64,000 nucleotides of DNA from Alphaproteobacteria bacterium (GCA_963422645.2 CAXXVO010000012.1:235873-299872); one strand, 5' to 3'. Shown: positions 32,451-42,930, numbered from the stretch's first letter. Notes: a model not told the origin generated them from the sequence alone. Numbers and translations are program-made.

Positions 32451-35400
32451 ATGCTCGGCGATCGCACATGGAGGCTCAAATACACGCCCGATGACGGCGA
32501 TCTGGTCAAGCTGTTCTACGTCCCCGCTCTGGAAGACGCCGAGCGTTACGATCGGCTGACCGGATATTTCAATGCCCGCGCTCTGGCCCTGGCGGCGCGT
32601 GGCATCGAAGGGCTGGTGCGCAACGGCGGGCGCATGAGGCTTGTCGTCGGCTGCACCCTGGAGCCGCCCGAAATCGAGGCCATCGAGAAGGGCGAGCGGC
32701 TTCGCGACCTCGTCGAACGGCGTCTGGCAAGCCTTCCCCTGGCCCCGCCGGACCCGGCTTCCGCCGACGCGCTGGAGCTGCTCGCCTGGATGGTGGCGCG
32801 GGGCTTTCTCGACGTGAAGGTCGCCGTTCCCTGCGATGCCGATGGCAAGCCGATTCCGGCCGACGGCATCTTTCACGAGAAGGCCGGCATCGTCGAAGAC
32901 CGCGGCGGCGACCGGATCGCCTGGACCGGCAGCCTCAACGAGACCGCCGCCGGCTGGCGGCACAACTGGGAGAGCATCAGCGTCTATACGAGCTGGGGGT
33001 CGGAACCACGCCGGGTTGCCGACGAGGAGGCCAACTTCGCGCGCATCTGGGCCGGCAAGGCGCAGCGCGTGATCGTGCTCGACGTGCCCGACGCCGCGCG
33101 GCGGGACCTGATGCGCTTCATGCCGGCAAGCGACAAACCTGCCCGCCTCAAGGAGAGGACCGGGAAAGAGCCTTCGAAGGCGCCACCGGAAAAGCCGACG
33201 TCGGAAACGACGGACCCCGAGGCGCCGGTCGCATCCCGGACAGGCGATTTGCGACGCCGCGTCTGGTCGTTTATCCGGCAGGCGCCTTCACTGCCCAGCG
33301 GCGGCGAGCGGATCGGCGAAGCGACCGCGGCGGTCACGCCGTGGCCGCACCAGGTGCGCGCCTTCGACCGTCTCTACCGCGATTGGCCGCCCAAGCTTCT
33401 GATCGCCGATGAGGTCGGCCTCGGCAAGACCGTCCAGGCCGGCATGCTGCTGCGTCAGGCATGGCTCGCCGGGCGCGCCGAACGGATCCTGATCCTGGCG
33501 CCCAAGGCCGTTCTCAAGCAGTGGCAGATCGAGCTGCGCGAGAAGTTCAACCTCAACTGGCCGATCTACGATGGCGGCAAGCTGACCTGGTATCCGTCTC
33601 CCGCGTGGCGCGGGCGAAACGAACGCCAGGTGGGCCGCGACGACTGGCACCGCGAACCCGCGGTGATTGCATCCAGCCATCTGATACGTCGGCGAGACCG
33701 GGCGGCGGCGCTTCTGGAAGATGCCGAACCGTGGGATCTGGTGGTGCTCGACGAAGCTCACCACGCCCGGCGGCGCGGCGCGGGAAGCCAGCAGGAAGGC
33801 GGGCCGAACGCGCTTCTCCGCCTGATGCAGGGGTTGAAGGGCCGCACCCGGGGGTTGGTCCTGTTGACCGCGACGCCGATGCAGGTCCATCCCGTCGAGG
33901 TCTGGGACTTGCTGAACCTGCTCGGTCTGCCGCCGGAGTGGACTTCCAGGGCGTTTCTCGATTTCTTCGAGGATATCGAGCAGCCGAACCCGTCGGTGGA
34001 GGCGCTGGATCGCATGGCTTCGCTGTTCCGGTCGGCCGAACGGACCTACGGCGAAGTCGAGACGGCGTTCGCGCAACGCCTCTCCGGCCTGTCGCGTCTG
34101 AAGGCCAATAAGATACTCCGCGCGCTGCGCGACGGCGCCAGCATCCCGCGCCGCCAACTGGAAACCGCGGAGCGCCGGGCAGCGGTCGGGATCGTGCGGG
34201 CGAACACGCCGCTGCGGCGGCTGGTCTCGCGGCACACACGCGAACTCCTGCGCCGGTATTTCAAGGCGGGAATGCTGGCCACGCCGATCGCCGACCGCAG
34301 TGTGGAGGATCGCTTTCTGGAGATGACGGCGGAAGAGCGGGCGCTCTATGACGCGGTCGAGGATTACATCGCCAGCACCTACAACCAGGCGAGCGCGAAG
34401 GAACGTACGGCGGTCGGGTTCGTGATGACCATCTACCGCCGTCGGCTCGCCAGCAGCTTCAGCGCCCTGCGCAAGACTCTGCAAAACCGTCTCGATGCCC
34501 TTGCCGCCGGCGGGCCGCCGCCATCGGCGGGCCTCGCCGAGGACGTGCCGGACGATGAGGCCGTGGACGACATCCTCGACGCCGACGACGCGGAGAGACT
34601 CGAACGCGAGGCCCTCGGCGGCGAAGAAGAGGCCGACATCGAAGACCTTCTTGCCAGTATCGGCCGGCTGCCACCGGACAGCAAGCTCGAAAGTCTCAGG
34701 AGCGCCCTTCGGGAGTTGCGCGAGGAAGGATACGGCCAGGCGATGGTCTTCACGCAGTACACCGACACCCTGGACTTTCTGCGTGAAGAGCTTCTGAAAG
34801 ACTCCGGTTCAAGGGTGATGTGCTTCTCGGGACGCGGCGGCGAAATCCCCGCCGCGGACGGCTCATGGCGCAGGATCGGGCGCGACGACGCCAGACGCCG
34901 GTTCCGCGACCGCGAGGCGGATGTCCTGCTCTGCACCGATGCCGCCGCCGAGGGTCTGAACTTCCAGTTCTGCGGCGCGCTGGTCAACTACGACATGCCT
35001 TGGAACCCCATGCGGGTCGAACAGCGTATCGGGCGTATCGACCGGCTGGGCCAGCAGAACCGGACCATCCGCATCGTCAACCTGCACTACGAGGGCACGG
35101 TCGAAACCGACGTTTACCGGGCGCTCAGGACCCGCATCGGCCTGTTCGAGTCCGTGGTCGGCCGGTTGCAGCCGATTCTGGCCCAATTGCCCCGGACGAT
35201 TTCGCAGACCGTGCTGTCCGGCGAAGGTCGGGATGCCCGGGAACGCGCCAATCTCGTGGATGCGATCGAACGACAGACACGGGACCGCGAGGGCCGGGGT
35301 TTCGATATCGACGAGGTGACGGAGAGCGATCTCCCCATACCGGCGCCGGCGCCGGCGCCCATCACCATGGAAGATCTCGACCGGATCGTCGGGATGCCCG

Positions 35401-35639
35401 ACGTGATGCCGCCGGGAACCGATGTCCAGCCCATGGGACATCGGGAGTACGGCCTGCTGGCGCCCGGCATGACCGAGCGTCTGCGGGTGACCACCGATCC
35501 GGCGTATTTCGAGGAGCACGCCGAAAGCGTGGAACTGTGGTCGCCCGGCAATCCCCTGTTCATTGCGCCCGAGTTCTTGGACAGCGGCGAGTTGGAGCCC
35601 TCGCAGTGGACACTGAAGGATATCCTCGACGGCGGCTGA
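32451..35639 (+). CDS. PLD-family nuclease fused to SNF2 helicase
   Basis: FHEKAG...TGSLNET PLD motif; ADEVGLGKT, DEAHH, TATP, EQRIGRIDRLGQ. Confidence 0.9.
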   Translation: MLGDRTWRLKYTPDDGDLVKLFYVPALEDAERYDRLTGYFNARALALAARGIEGLVRNGGRMRLVVGCTLEPPEIEAIEKGERLRDLVERRLASLPLAPPDPASADALELLAWMVARGFLDVKVAVPCDADGKPIPADGIFHEKAGIVEDRGGDRIAWTGSLNETAAGWRHNWESISVYTSWGSEPRRVADEEANFARIWAGKAQRVIVLDVPDAARRDLMRFMPASDKPARLKERTGKEPSKAPPEKPTSETTDPEAPVASRTGDLRRRVWSFIRQAPSLPSGGERIGEATAAVTPWPHQVRAFDRLYRDWPPKLLIADEVGLGKTVQAGMLLRQAWLAGRAERILILAPKAVLKQWQIELREKFNLNWPIYDGGKLTWYPSPAWRGRNERQVGRDDWHREPAVIASSHLIRRRDRAAALLEDAEPWDLVVLDEAHHARRRGAGSQQEGGPNALLRLMQGLKGRTRGLVLLTATPMQVHPVEVWDLLNLLGLPPEWTSRAFLDFFEDIEQPNPSVEALDRMASLFRSAERTYGEVETAFAQRLSGLSRLKANKILRALRDGASIPRRQLETAERRAAVGIVRANTPLRRLVSRHTRELLRRYFKAGMLATPIADRSVEDRFLEMTAEERALYDAVEDYIASTYNQASAKERTAVGFVMTIYRRRLASSFSALRKTLQNRLDALAAGGPPPSAGLAEDVPDDEAVDDILDADDAERLEREALGGEEEADIEDLLASIGRLPPDSKLESLRSALRELREEGYGQAMVFTQYTDTLDFLREELLKDSGSRVMCFSGRGGEIPAADGSWRRIGRDDARRRFRDREADVLLCTDAAAEGLNFQFCGALVNYDMPWNPMRVEQRIGRIDRLGQQNRTIRIVNLHYEGTVETDVYRALRTRIGLFESVVGRLQPILAQLPRTISQTVLSGEGRDARERANLVDAIERQTRDREGRGFDIDEVTESDLPIPAPAPAPITMEDLDRIVGMPDVMPPGTDVQPMGHREYGLLAPGMTERLRVTTDPAYFEEHAESVELWSPGNPLFIAPEFLDSGELEPSQWTLKDILDGG

Positions 35640-35802
35640 TGGGCCGTCGCTGTAGGGCTGCGACACGCGAGGCTACAGTGCGAACCGATGCGATTAGAAG
35701 CCTCCGGCATCACTGAAGCGCGGAAGATCCTGGCGACGCCCCAATTGAGGTCGAGCAAATTCCCGCCAACATTTGAACCTTCAAAGCGCCATCACTATCT
35801 CA

Positions 35803-36759
35803 CTATTCGTTGAAATCCGGTTCGTAATCTGGTATCTCACTACGGGCTTCCTCTAGCTCATCTTCGGTGTAGAGTTGAAAATACTCCGCTGCTGTGAATA
35901 CACGTCTTACACTAAACTCTTCCCCCAACCCGCTCGCTGTTAGTTTCAGAAGCCCTGAAATATGCAACCCACAAGCTATGCACTCAAAGGATGAGGGACG
36001 CATTGCTTGCCTCTGCACAATCTCGTCACCTTTTACCTCTGTACTAACTGCTCCTCTAGGGGATCCTTGTAAGAGAGCTCGGGATTCGCAAGCCGGACAT
36101 TCTACGCGATGACCGGAATGTCTTGTCGCCCAATTCGTCGACTGCAAGGTCGCTCTTTCTTGATCTTCCATATTTTTTTCTTGCCAAATTTTTCTGTGAG
36201 CAAGAATATCCCGTTCTACTGCGGACGCGACCTCCTTTTCGAATTCGTCAATAATCTCTCGTACCTGTGCCGTATCGGAAACGAATTCTTCAAGTTCTCT
36301 ATCCATGGACTTCAAAAGAACATCGCACGCCTTATAAAAATTTAGTAGCCATATAGATATTGATATGTTCGCGAATGCCAAATCACCAGAATGCAATTCG
36401 GCATTTCGTCTTTCGGCGTGCTGGCTGCAGAAGCCGACAATTTCCTCACTGAAATTTGGAATCAACTCTTTTAGACGCGACAACACGTCTTTGGTTGATA
36501 GGGATCTCGGAAAAAATTCAGTTGATGTTTGTTCTTTTCCCAAAGCGTATGCCAAATTTCGCCAATTTCGATTGTCCGCCAGAAGGACTGGAGATACATG
36601 AGCTAGCGCGGCCCGAGCCAAGAGTTCGAGCGACAATGCAGACCAGAGACCAAATTGCCAGTCGCCCTCGGTGTGTGCTTCCATTCGCTCAACATAGAGT
36701 TGCGCCTTTCGAAAAAGCGCTTCCTGCGACCAGCGATGAATCGCTATTTTCGTATTCAC
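35803..36759 (-). CDS. Hypothetical protein with HEPN-like RxxxxH motif and C-terminal Zn ribbon
   Basis: SLELLARA helix, RRNAELH, CPAC...CIAC; visibly AT-richer than its surroundings. Confidence 0.6.
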   Translation of the reverse strand: MNTKIAIHRWSQEALFRKAQLYVERMEAHTEGDWQFGLWSALSLELLARAALAHVSPVLLADNRNWRNLAYALGKEQTSTEFFPRSLSTKDVLSRLKELIPNFSEEIVGFCSQHAERRNAELHSGDLAFANISISIWLLNFYKACDVLLKSMDRELEEFVSDTAQVREIIDEFEKEVASAVERDILAHRKIWQEKNMEDQERATLQSTNWATRHSGHRVECPACESRALLQGSPRGAVSTEVKGDEIVQRQAMRPSSFECIACGLHISGLLKLTASGLGEEFSVRRVFTAAEYFQLYTEDELEEARSEIPDYEPDFNE

Positions 36760-37457
36760 GCAATTATCTCCGACAAATACACCCGTTCAATCCGTCGGTC
36801 AGCATCGTTCAAACTAACTTCACTACGTCCATGGAGTATGCGCCAGTTGTCTACCAGCAGTGTATCCCCAGGCTCGATCAGCGCCAAGCACTTCGATTGA
36901 TCCCATGATTTTCTACGCATGGTTTCTGAAACTCGGTTCGCAGGCTCGTTCATCGGTACCAGGAATAGAGGATCCCATCGAAATCCCGAAACGCCTCCTT
37001 GCCGAAACATGAGTGGAAGCAAGGTAAGGGAAGCATCTCCGCTGGCACGCCTAGGTCGCACCAAGGCTCGCCGTAGCGTCAAAATGTCAAGCACAGACGT
37101 AAGGGCTGAGGCCACCAAGAGGCGTGTACTCACGGACCGCGAGCCGTTTCGGCACCGCAGCATAAAGTAGCGGGGTGGCTGCGCCCAATGCGCGAGGTCA
37201 GTGTGAAGAGGAAACTCAGCAAGGCCGTATTCGCCGCTATAGCGATTTGCGAAAGCGTTGGCCGTCGTTTGCGGTTGCAATGTCTGCACAACAGGGATGT
37301 CACCCGGTAGCAATGTAGGGATGTCCACTACCGTGCCGACTGATTGTCCGATCATGGCTGTTGTTTCTGCTGGTCTCCATCTGCGAAGGAGGACGTAGCC
37401 ACTTCGGTGCAAGCTGTCCGCATGGTGCCGTGCGAGCGGCGGAGCTACTACGCCCAT
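36756..37457 (-). CDS. TauD/TfdA-like Fe(II)/2OG dioxygenase
   Basis: FPLHTD, LLVDNWRILHGR, RRIERVY; 4-bp overlap with the downstream gene. Confidence 0.8.
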   Translation of the reverse strand: MGVVAPPLARHHADSLHRSGYVLLRRWRPAETTAMIGQSVGTVVDIPTLLPGDIPVVQTLQPQTTANAFANRYSGEYGLAEFPLHTDLAHWAQPPRYFMLRCRNGSRSVSTRLLVASALTSVLDILTLRRALVRPRRASGDASLTLLPLMFRQGGVSGFRWDPLFLVPMNEPANRVSETMRRKSWDQSKCLALIEPGDTLLVDNWRILHGRSEVSLNDADRRIERVYLSEIIA

Positions 37458-37603
37458 ATGAGTTGACCGTCGATCATGGTTGAAATTGGGGGTCGCGGCT
37501 ACGGTGCTGAATCAGAGATTGCATGCTGAGCCTCGGTCCCATCAAGACAACGGCCTTACTGCCGCGGCACCCCACATCTGATCGGTGCTGTTGTTGGCAA
37601 CGA

Positions 37604-38044
37604 TCATTGTTGCAGTTCGGCGGTCCATGGATCGACGGTCTCGACGCCTGTGTTGCGGAACTCGCCGGTGTTCCGTGTCACGACGGCAAGCCCGCGCGTG
37701 GCGGCCGCTGCGGCGAGGAAGGCATCCGGCACATGGTCGTCAAGCGCCTCGCCGCGCCGGCGCTTGTTCTCTATGATCCGCGCGCATGCGCGGGCGTCGG
37801 CCAGTGTCCAATCGACGATGCGGTCCTCGAACAACTCGTCGAGAAGATCGTGGAACCGGTCGGCGAGACCGCGCCGGCGCTTACCCGGAGCCAGACGGCC
37901 GATGCCGTCGAGTATCTCCCAGACGGTGATGGACGCGAGGCCGAGGCCGTCATCGGCGATCGAGTCGAGATAGGCGGCGACCCGCGGTTCGGGACGCGGC
38001 CGCATCATCTCGGAGACGACGTTGGTGTCTAGAAGAAAACTCAT
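37604..38044 (-). CDS. vapC: VapC/FitB PIN-domain toxin without an adjacent antitoxin
   Basis: LLDTNVVSE, SITVWEI, DAFLAA, VVTRN, DPW. Confidence 0.88.
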   Translation of the reverse strand: MSFLLDTNVVSEMMRPRPEPRVAAYLDSIADDGLGLASITVWEILDGIGRLAPGKRRRGLADRFHDLLDELFEDRIVDWTLADARACARIIENKRRRGEALDDHVPDAFLAAAAATRGLAVVTRNTGEFRNTGVETVDPWTAELQQ

Positions 38045-38170
38045 TCTATCCGACACCCTGACCCACTTGCGCCGGAATGCATGGACTTGCGCTCATCTGA
38101 TATAACTCATTGTAAATAATCTATATTTCCGATTTCCATGGCGCAGCTTGCCCCTTGCATTCCCGCCTCC

Positions 38171-38224
38171 GATGCGCTTCAATGCGCCCCGATTTCGAGC
38201 CGGTCGCTTTCGGATTGCTTACGC
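38171..38224 (+). repeat. Conserved integrase-proximal leader with arm-like motif, copy 3
   Basis: GATGCGCTTCAATGCGCCCCGATT...CGGTCGCTTTCGGATTGCTTACG, homologous to 17051-17103. Confidence 0.75.
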
Positions 38225-38293
38225 GAAAATACCCGCATCTCGCAGCGATCCGATCCGCGCTCCGGCGACGGCCCCTGTCGCAGGAACCGGGAC

Positions 38294-39463
38294 ATGCCCG
38301 AACGCCAGTACCGAACCCTCTCCAAGCGCATCGTGGACCGCCTCACCGTCGACGGCAAGGACGCGGTGTTTTGGGACCGGGAGCTGCCGGGCTTCGGCGT
38401 CAGGGTCTACCCCTCGGGGCGCAAGGTGTATGTCGTCCAGACCCGCTCGAAGGGCAAGTCCAGACGCGTCACCGTGGGCCGCCACGGCGACATCGTGCCC
38501 GACCAGGCCCGCAAGGAGGCCGCCAAGGTCATCGCGCGCATCAAGGCCGGGCTGCCTCCCGTCGAGACGGAGCCCGAGGCCCCGCCGACGATAGCGGACC
38601 TCGCCGGGCGCTACCGGCGCGAGTATGTCGCGATGCACTGCAAGCCCAATACCGTGAAGCACTACGGTCTGATGCTGAGCAAGCACATCGTGCCGCGCTT
38701 GGGCGAACTGCGGGTATCGGACGTCGAGCGCAAGAACATCCTCGAGTTCCAGTTCCAGCTGAGCGACATGCCGACGGTGGCGAACCGGTGCGTGGACATC
38801 CTGGTGAAGATGTTCAACTTGGCCGAGCAGTGGGAGATGCGCCCGCCCGGCCGGAACCCGTGCAGGTCCGTGCGCCGCTACAAGATCGATCCGCACAAGG
38901 AGCGGTTCCTGACGCCCGCGGAGCTCGCACGGCTCGGCCGAACCCTCGACATCGCGCCCGCGAAGCGCCTCGCCTCGCGGCACGCGGCGGCGGCGATCCG
39001 GCTGCTGGTGCTGACCGGATGCCGGCGCAACGAGATCATGGGGCTTGCCTGGGACGACCTGGACTTCGAGGCGGGCGAGATGCGGCTTCGCGACAGCAAG
39101 ACCGGAGGGCGAATCGTCCCGATGCCGCCGGCAGCATCGGAGGTCCTGGCGGCGCTGCCGCGCGTCGCCGGCAATCCGTGGGTATTCCCCGGCCGGAAGC
39201 AGGGCACTCGTCAGGTCAACATCAACGACTCCTGGAATCGCATTCGCAGGCACGCCGGTCTCGACGATGTCCGGCTTCACGATCTTCGCCATACGTTCGC
39301 CTCGCGGGCGCTCGCGATCGGCGAAGGCCTGCCGATGATCGGGAAGCTGCTCGGCCACAACAAGATCGAGACGACGGCGCGCTACGCCCATCTCGCGCGG
39401 GAGTCGGTCAGGGCGTCGACGGCCAAGGTCGCCGAGAGTATCGGCGCGGACATCCTGGGGTAG
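38294..39463 (+). CDS. Tyrosine integrase with arm-binding domain (pair 2, first)
   Basis: WDRELPGFGVRV; LTGCRRNE, HDLRHTFAS, LLGH, TTARYAHL. Confidence 0.93.
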   Translation: MPERQYRTLSKRIVDRLTVDGKDAVFWDRELPGFGVRVYPSGRKVYVVQTRSKGKSRRVTVGRHGDIVPDQARKEAAKVIARIKAGLPPVETEPEAPPTIADLAGRYRREYVAMHCKPNTVKHYGLMLSKHIVPRLGELRVSDVERKNILEFQFQLSDMPTVANRCVDILVKMFNLAEQWEMRPPGRNPCRSVRRYKIDPHKERFLTPAELARLGRTLDIAPAKRLASRHAAAAIRLLVLTGCRRNEIMGLAWDDLDFEAGEMRLRDSKTGGRIVPMPPAASEVLAALPRVAGNPWVFPGRKQGTRQVNINDSWNRIRRHAGLDDVRLHDLRHTFASRALAIGEGLPMIGKLLGHNKIETTARYAHLARESVRASTAKVAESIGADILG

Positions 39464-39467
39464 CGCG

Positions 39468-40498
39468 ATGGCAAGGCTCGACAGCGCGACGATCTCGCGG
39501 CGGACCGTGGAGGCGCTCCCGGTCGGGGACCGGGAAGCGGTCTATTGGGACTCCGAGCTTCAGGGCTTCGGCGTGAGGGTCTATCCGTCGGGTTCCAGGG
39601 TCTATCTCGTGCAGACGCGCGCGGACGGGAAGTCCCGCCGGCTGACCGTCGGCCGGCACGGGCTGATCACGGCGGAGCAGGCGCGGCGCAAGGCGGCGCA
39701 GGTCATCGCCGACATCAAGGCCGGCAACGAGCCGGTCCTCGGCAACGGCGCCTCGAAGTCCGATGCCGGCCCGACGGTCACCGAAGTGGCCGAGCGCTAC
39801 ATGCGGGAACACGTGATGGTGCGCTGCAAACCCGCCACGGTGCGGCAGTGTCGGCACATCCTCGACCGTCACCTGCTGCCGGCGGTGGGGGAGTTGCGTC
39901 TCGGCGAGATCGGGCGCGAGCGGGTATCCGCCCTGCACTACAGCCTGCACGAGACGCCGACAATGGCGAACCAGGTCGTCGACATGCTCTCGCGGCTGTT
40001 CTACATGGCCGAGGGTTGGGGTGTCGCCCCCGAGGGCGGCAATCCGTGCCGGTTCGTGAAGAAGTACAAGGAACGCAGTTGCGAGCGTTTCCTGTCGGAA
40101 GAGGAGTTCCGCCGTCTCGGGCGCGTGCTGGGCGAGGTCGAGGCGGAGGGCAAGGTCCATCCGAGCGCGGTGGCGGCGTTCCGCCTGCTGATGCTCACCG
40201 GCTGCCGGCGCAACGAGATCCTCACGCTGCGCTGGGAGGACGTGGATATCGAGGCGGGCGAGCTTCATCTGCGCGACGCCAAGACGGGCGCGCGGTCCGT
40301 CGCCCTGTCGCCGGCGGCGCAACGCGTGCTCGAGGCGCTGCCGCGTCTCCCCGACAATCCCTGGGTCATCGTCGGCGCGAAGCCGGGCGCGCGGCTGAGC
40401 AATCTCAACAACGCCTGGCTCGTCGTGCGGGCGCGGGCCGACCTCAAGGATGTGCGCATCCACGATCTCAGACACTCGTTCGCATCCCGCGCCCTGGC
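39468..40498 (+). pseudogene. Tyrosine integrase (pair 2, second), truncated by IS21
   Basis: Similarity stops after HDLRHSFASRALA exactly at the IS end; LLGH and the catalytic Tyr are lost. Confidence 0.88.
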
Positions 40499-40700
40499 TG
40501 TCAATCGGCTTTCAATACTGACCCCCGATCGGCGTGCAAAATTGACCCCCCTGAGTGGCACGGCGGAGGTTGTCCCGGTAGCCAATAGGGGGGACCCGCG
40601 CGGCTTCGTGTGGCGCCCTGCGCTACGCGGAGCGAAGCCGCGTGGGGGGTCCCTGTTGGCCCACCGGGGCAACCGGGCCGCAAGGGAGGCCGGCGGCGGG

Positions 40701-41429
40701 TCAGGAGCGGTTCTTGAAGCGCCAGCTCTCGTTGCCGGTCTCGATGATCTCGCAATGATGGGTGAGGCGATCGAGCAGCGCTGTGGTCATCTTGGGGTCG
40801 CCGAAGACGGATGGCCATTCGCCGAAGGCGAGGTTTGTGGTGATGACGATCGAGGTGCGCTCGTAGAGCCGGCTCATCAGATGGAAGAGCAGCTGCCCAC
40901 CGGCCTGGGCGAAGGGCAGGTAGCCGAGCTCGTCGAGGATGACGAAGTCGCGGCGGACGAGCTGGTCTGCAGTGCGGCCCTGGCGTCCGGCGCGAAGCTC
41001 GGCCTCGAGGAGGTTGACCAGGTCGACGACGTTGTAGCACCGGCCGCGCGCGCCCTTGCGGATGCAGGACCGCGCGATGGCGACGGCGAGATGGGTCTTG
41101 CCGGTACCGGTGCCGCCGACCAGCACGATGTTGCGTTTGCCCTCGAGGAAGCCGCCGCCGGCGAGCTCCTGGATCAGGGGCTCGTTGACCGGCGAGGCGG
41201 CGAAGTCGAAGTCGGCCAGCTCCTTGACCGTCGGCAGCTTGGCGGAGGCCATCTGGTACTTGATCGAGCGGGCCCTCTTGTCGGCGATCTCGACCTGCAG
41301 CAGCGTACCGATGATCTGTTGCACCGGATGGCGGCGCTTGAGCCCGTCGGCAAGGATGTCGTCGTAAGCGGCGCGCATACCTGCGAGCTTCAGCTGGGTC
41401 ATCATCTCCAGCACATCATGACGCTCCAT
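40701..41429 (-). CDS. istB: IS21 helper ATPase
   Basis: [29 protein letters not shown]. Confidence 0.95.
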   Translation of the reverse strand: MERHDVLEMMTQLKLAGMRAAYDDILADGLKRRHPVQQIIGTLLQVEIADKRARSIKYQMASAKLPTVKELADFDFAASPVNEPLIQELAGGGFLEGKRNIVLVGGTGTGKTHLAVAIARSCIRKGARGRCYNVVDLVNLLEAELRAGRQGRTADQLVRRDFVILDELGYLPFAQAGGQLLFHLMSRLYERTSIVITTNLAFGEWPSVFGDPKMTTALLDRLTHHCEIIETGNESWRFKNRS

Positions 41430-42930
41430 GACCGGCCTCCCTCAGGCTGTCGTAGCGCTGACAGTCGGCTACCGGCTTGTGGCGAAGCTGCAGGCCCTCG
41501 GGCGTCGGGATGATTGCCGGCGGTGCCGGCTGGCGCTGCCGGGCGAGGATGTTGAGCACCACGTCGGCGCTGCAGGCACCGCAGTCGAGCGTCTCGGCAC
41601 AGGCCGCCTCAACCGCCTCCAGTCCGTCCTCCAGCACCGCCGCGAGCACCTTGACGAACTGCCGGTCGCCGTCGTCGTGGCCCGCGAGCCGGGTTCGCAG
41701 GCGGCCGAGCGCGTTGGGCAACTGCCAGTCCTTGAAGGGCGCGCCATTGCGTAGCGCGCCGGGCTTCCGCGTCAGGATCGGCACGTAATGCCACGGATCG
41801 TAGACGAACCGGCCGCGCCCGAAGCTGCGGGGGTGCTCGGCAACGGTCTCGCCGTCCTGGCGGATGACGATCCGATCGGCATAGGCCCGCACGTCCACCG
41901 GCCGGCCGACGGCGCGGGCCGCGACGCTGTACTGGTTGTTGTCGAAGCGCACCAGACAGGTCTTCGAGACCGACACCTCGCTGGCATGGAAGCCGTCGAA
42001 GGGGCCGCGATACGCCATCAGGAAGGGCTGCTCCTCCTCGAACACCTGCCACACCGTCTTGCCCGGGATTGTCGGATGCGGATGCTTCTTGGCGTCCTCG
42101 ATGCACCGATCCATCAGCCACTCGTTGATCTCGGCGTAGGAGCGGCCCCGCGGGATGGGCACGAACAGGCGGCCGCGAAGGTCACCCACCTGCTTCTCGA
42201 CCTGCCCCTTCTCCCAGCCAGCCCCTGGCGTGCACGCCACAGGCTCCACCAGATGGTGCGAGCACAGCTCCTGGAAGCGGCGGTTGTAGTCCCGCTTCTT
42301 GCCCACGAAGATCGTGCTCACCGCCGTCTTCATGTTGTCGTAGATGCCCCGCCGGCAGACCCCGCCGAAGAAGCGGAAGGCACGCTCGTGCGCCTCGAAG
42401 ACCATCTCCTGGCTCTCGCGGGGAAAGATCTGGACCAGATACATCCGGCTGTGGCACAGCCGCATGTGCGCCGCCTTCACCCTGGTCGTCGCGCCCGACA
42501 GACGCGCGTACTCGTGGCTCCAGTCGAACTGGTAGGCCTCGCCGGGATCGAAGATCAGCGGCACATAGGCCTGCGCCGGCGACAACAGCCGCCACCGGCG
42601 CCGCCAGGCCCTGGCATAGCGGCGAACCGCGTCATAGCCGCCCTTGTAGCCCAGCGACACAAGGTCTTCATGAATCCGCAGAAGAGACAGCCGATCCTTG
42701 CGTGCCTTCTTCTCGTTGGCCTTCAGCTGGCGCTCAAGCTCCTCCACCCACAGCCCAAGCTTCGGCATCGGCTGGATCTTGCGCTCGTAGCTGTGCGAGG
42801 TCGCATCGCCCCGCACCACCTTGCGTATCGTGTTCTTGGAAACCCTCAAATCCCGGGCGAGCTTCTTGATCGGAACGCCCTTCACCAGATGATCCCGACG
42901 GATCTTCGCGATCGTTTCCACAACCAGCAT
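41416..42930 (-). CDS. istA: IS21 transposase
   Basis: HTH N-terminus, [30 protein letters not shown]. Confidence 0.95.
   Translation of the reverse strand: MLVVETIAKIRRDHLVKGVPIKKLARDLRVSKNTIRKVVRGDATSHSYERKIQPMPKLGLWVEELERQLKANEKKARKDRLSLLRIHEDLVSLGYKGGYDAVRRYARAWRRRWRLLSPAQAYVPLIFDPGEAYQFDWSHEYARLSGATTRVKAAHMRLCHSRMYLVQIFPRESQEMVFEAHERAFRFFGGVCRRGIYDNMKTAVSTIFVGKKRDYNRRFQELCSHHLVEPVACTPGAGWEKGQVEKQVGDLRGRLFVPIPRGRSYAEINEWLMDRCIEDAKKHPHPTIPGKTVWQVFEEEQPFLMAYRGPFDGFHASEVSVSKTCLVRFDNNQYSVAARAVGRPVDVRAYADRIVIRQDGETVAEHPRSFGRGRFVYDPWHYVPILTRKPGALRNGAPFKDWQLPNALGRLRTRLAGHDDGDRQFVKVLAAVLEDGLEAVEAACAETLDCGACSADVVLNILARQRQPAPPAIIPTPEGLQLRHKPVADCQRYDSLREAGHGAS

Noticed and set aside
12120-38030. 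Single 26-kb invertible segment toggling one vapC gene
   Set aside because: Inversion would rebuild antitoxin-vapC, but the two junctions share no identical core across LDTNV; nested separate insertions fit better, though inversion is not fully excluded
39468-41513. 681-aa integrase with a novel C-terminal domain
   Set aside because: It is read-through from the truncated integrase into the antisense strand of istB
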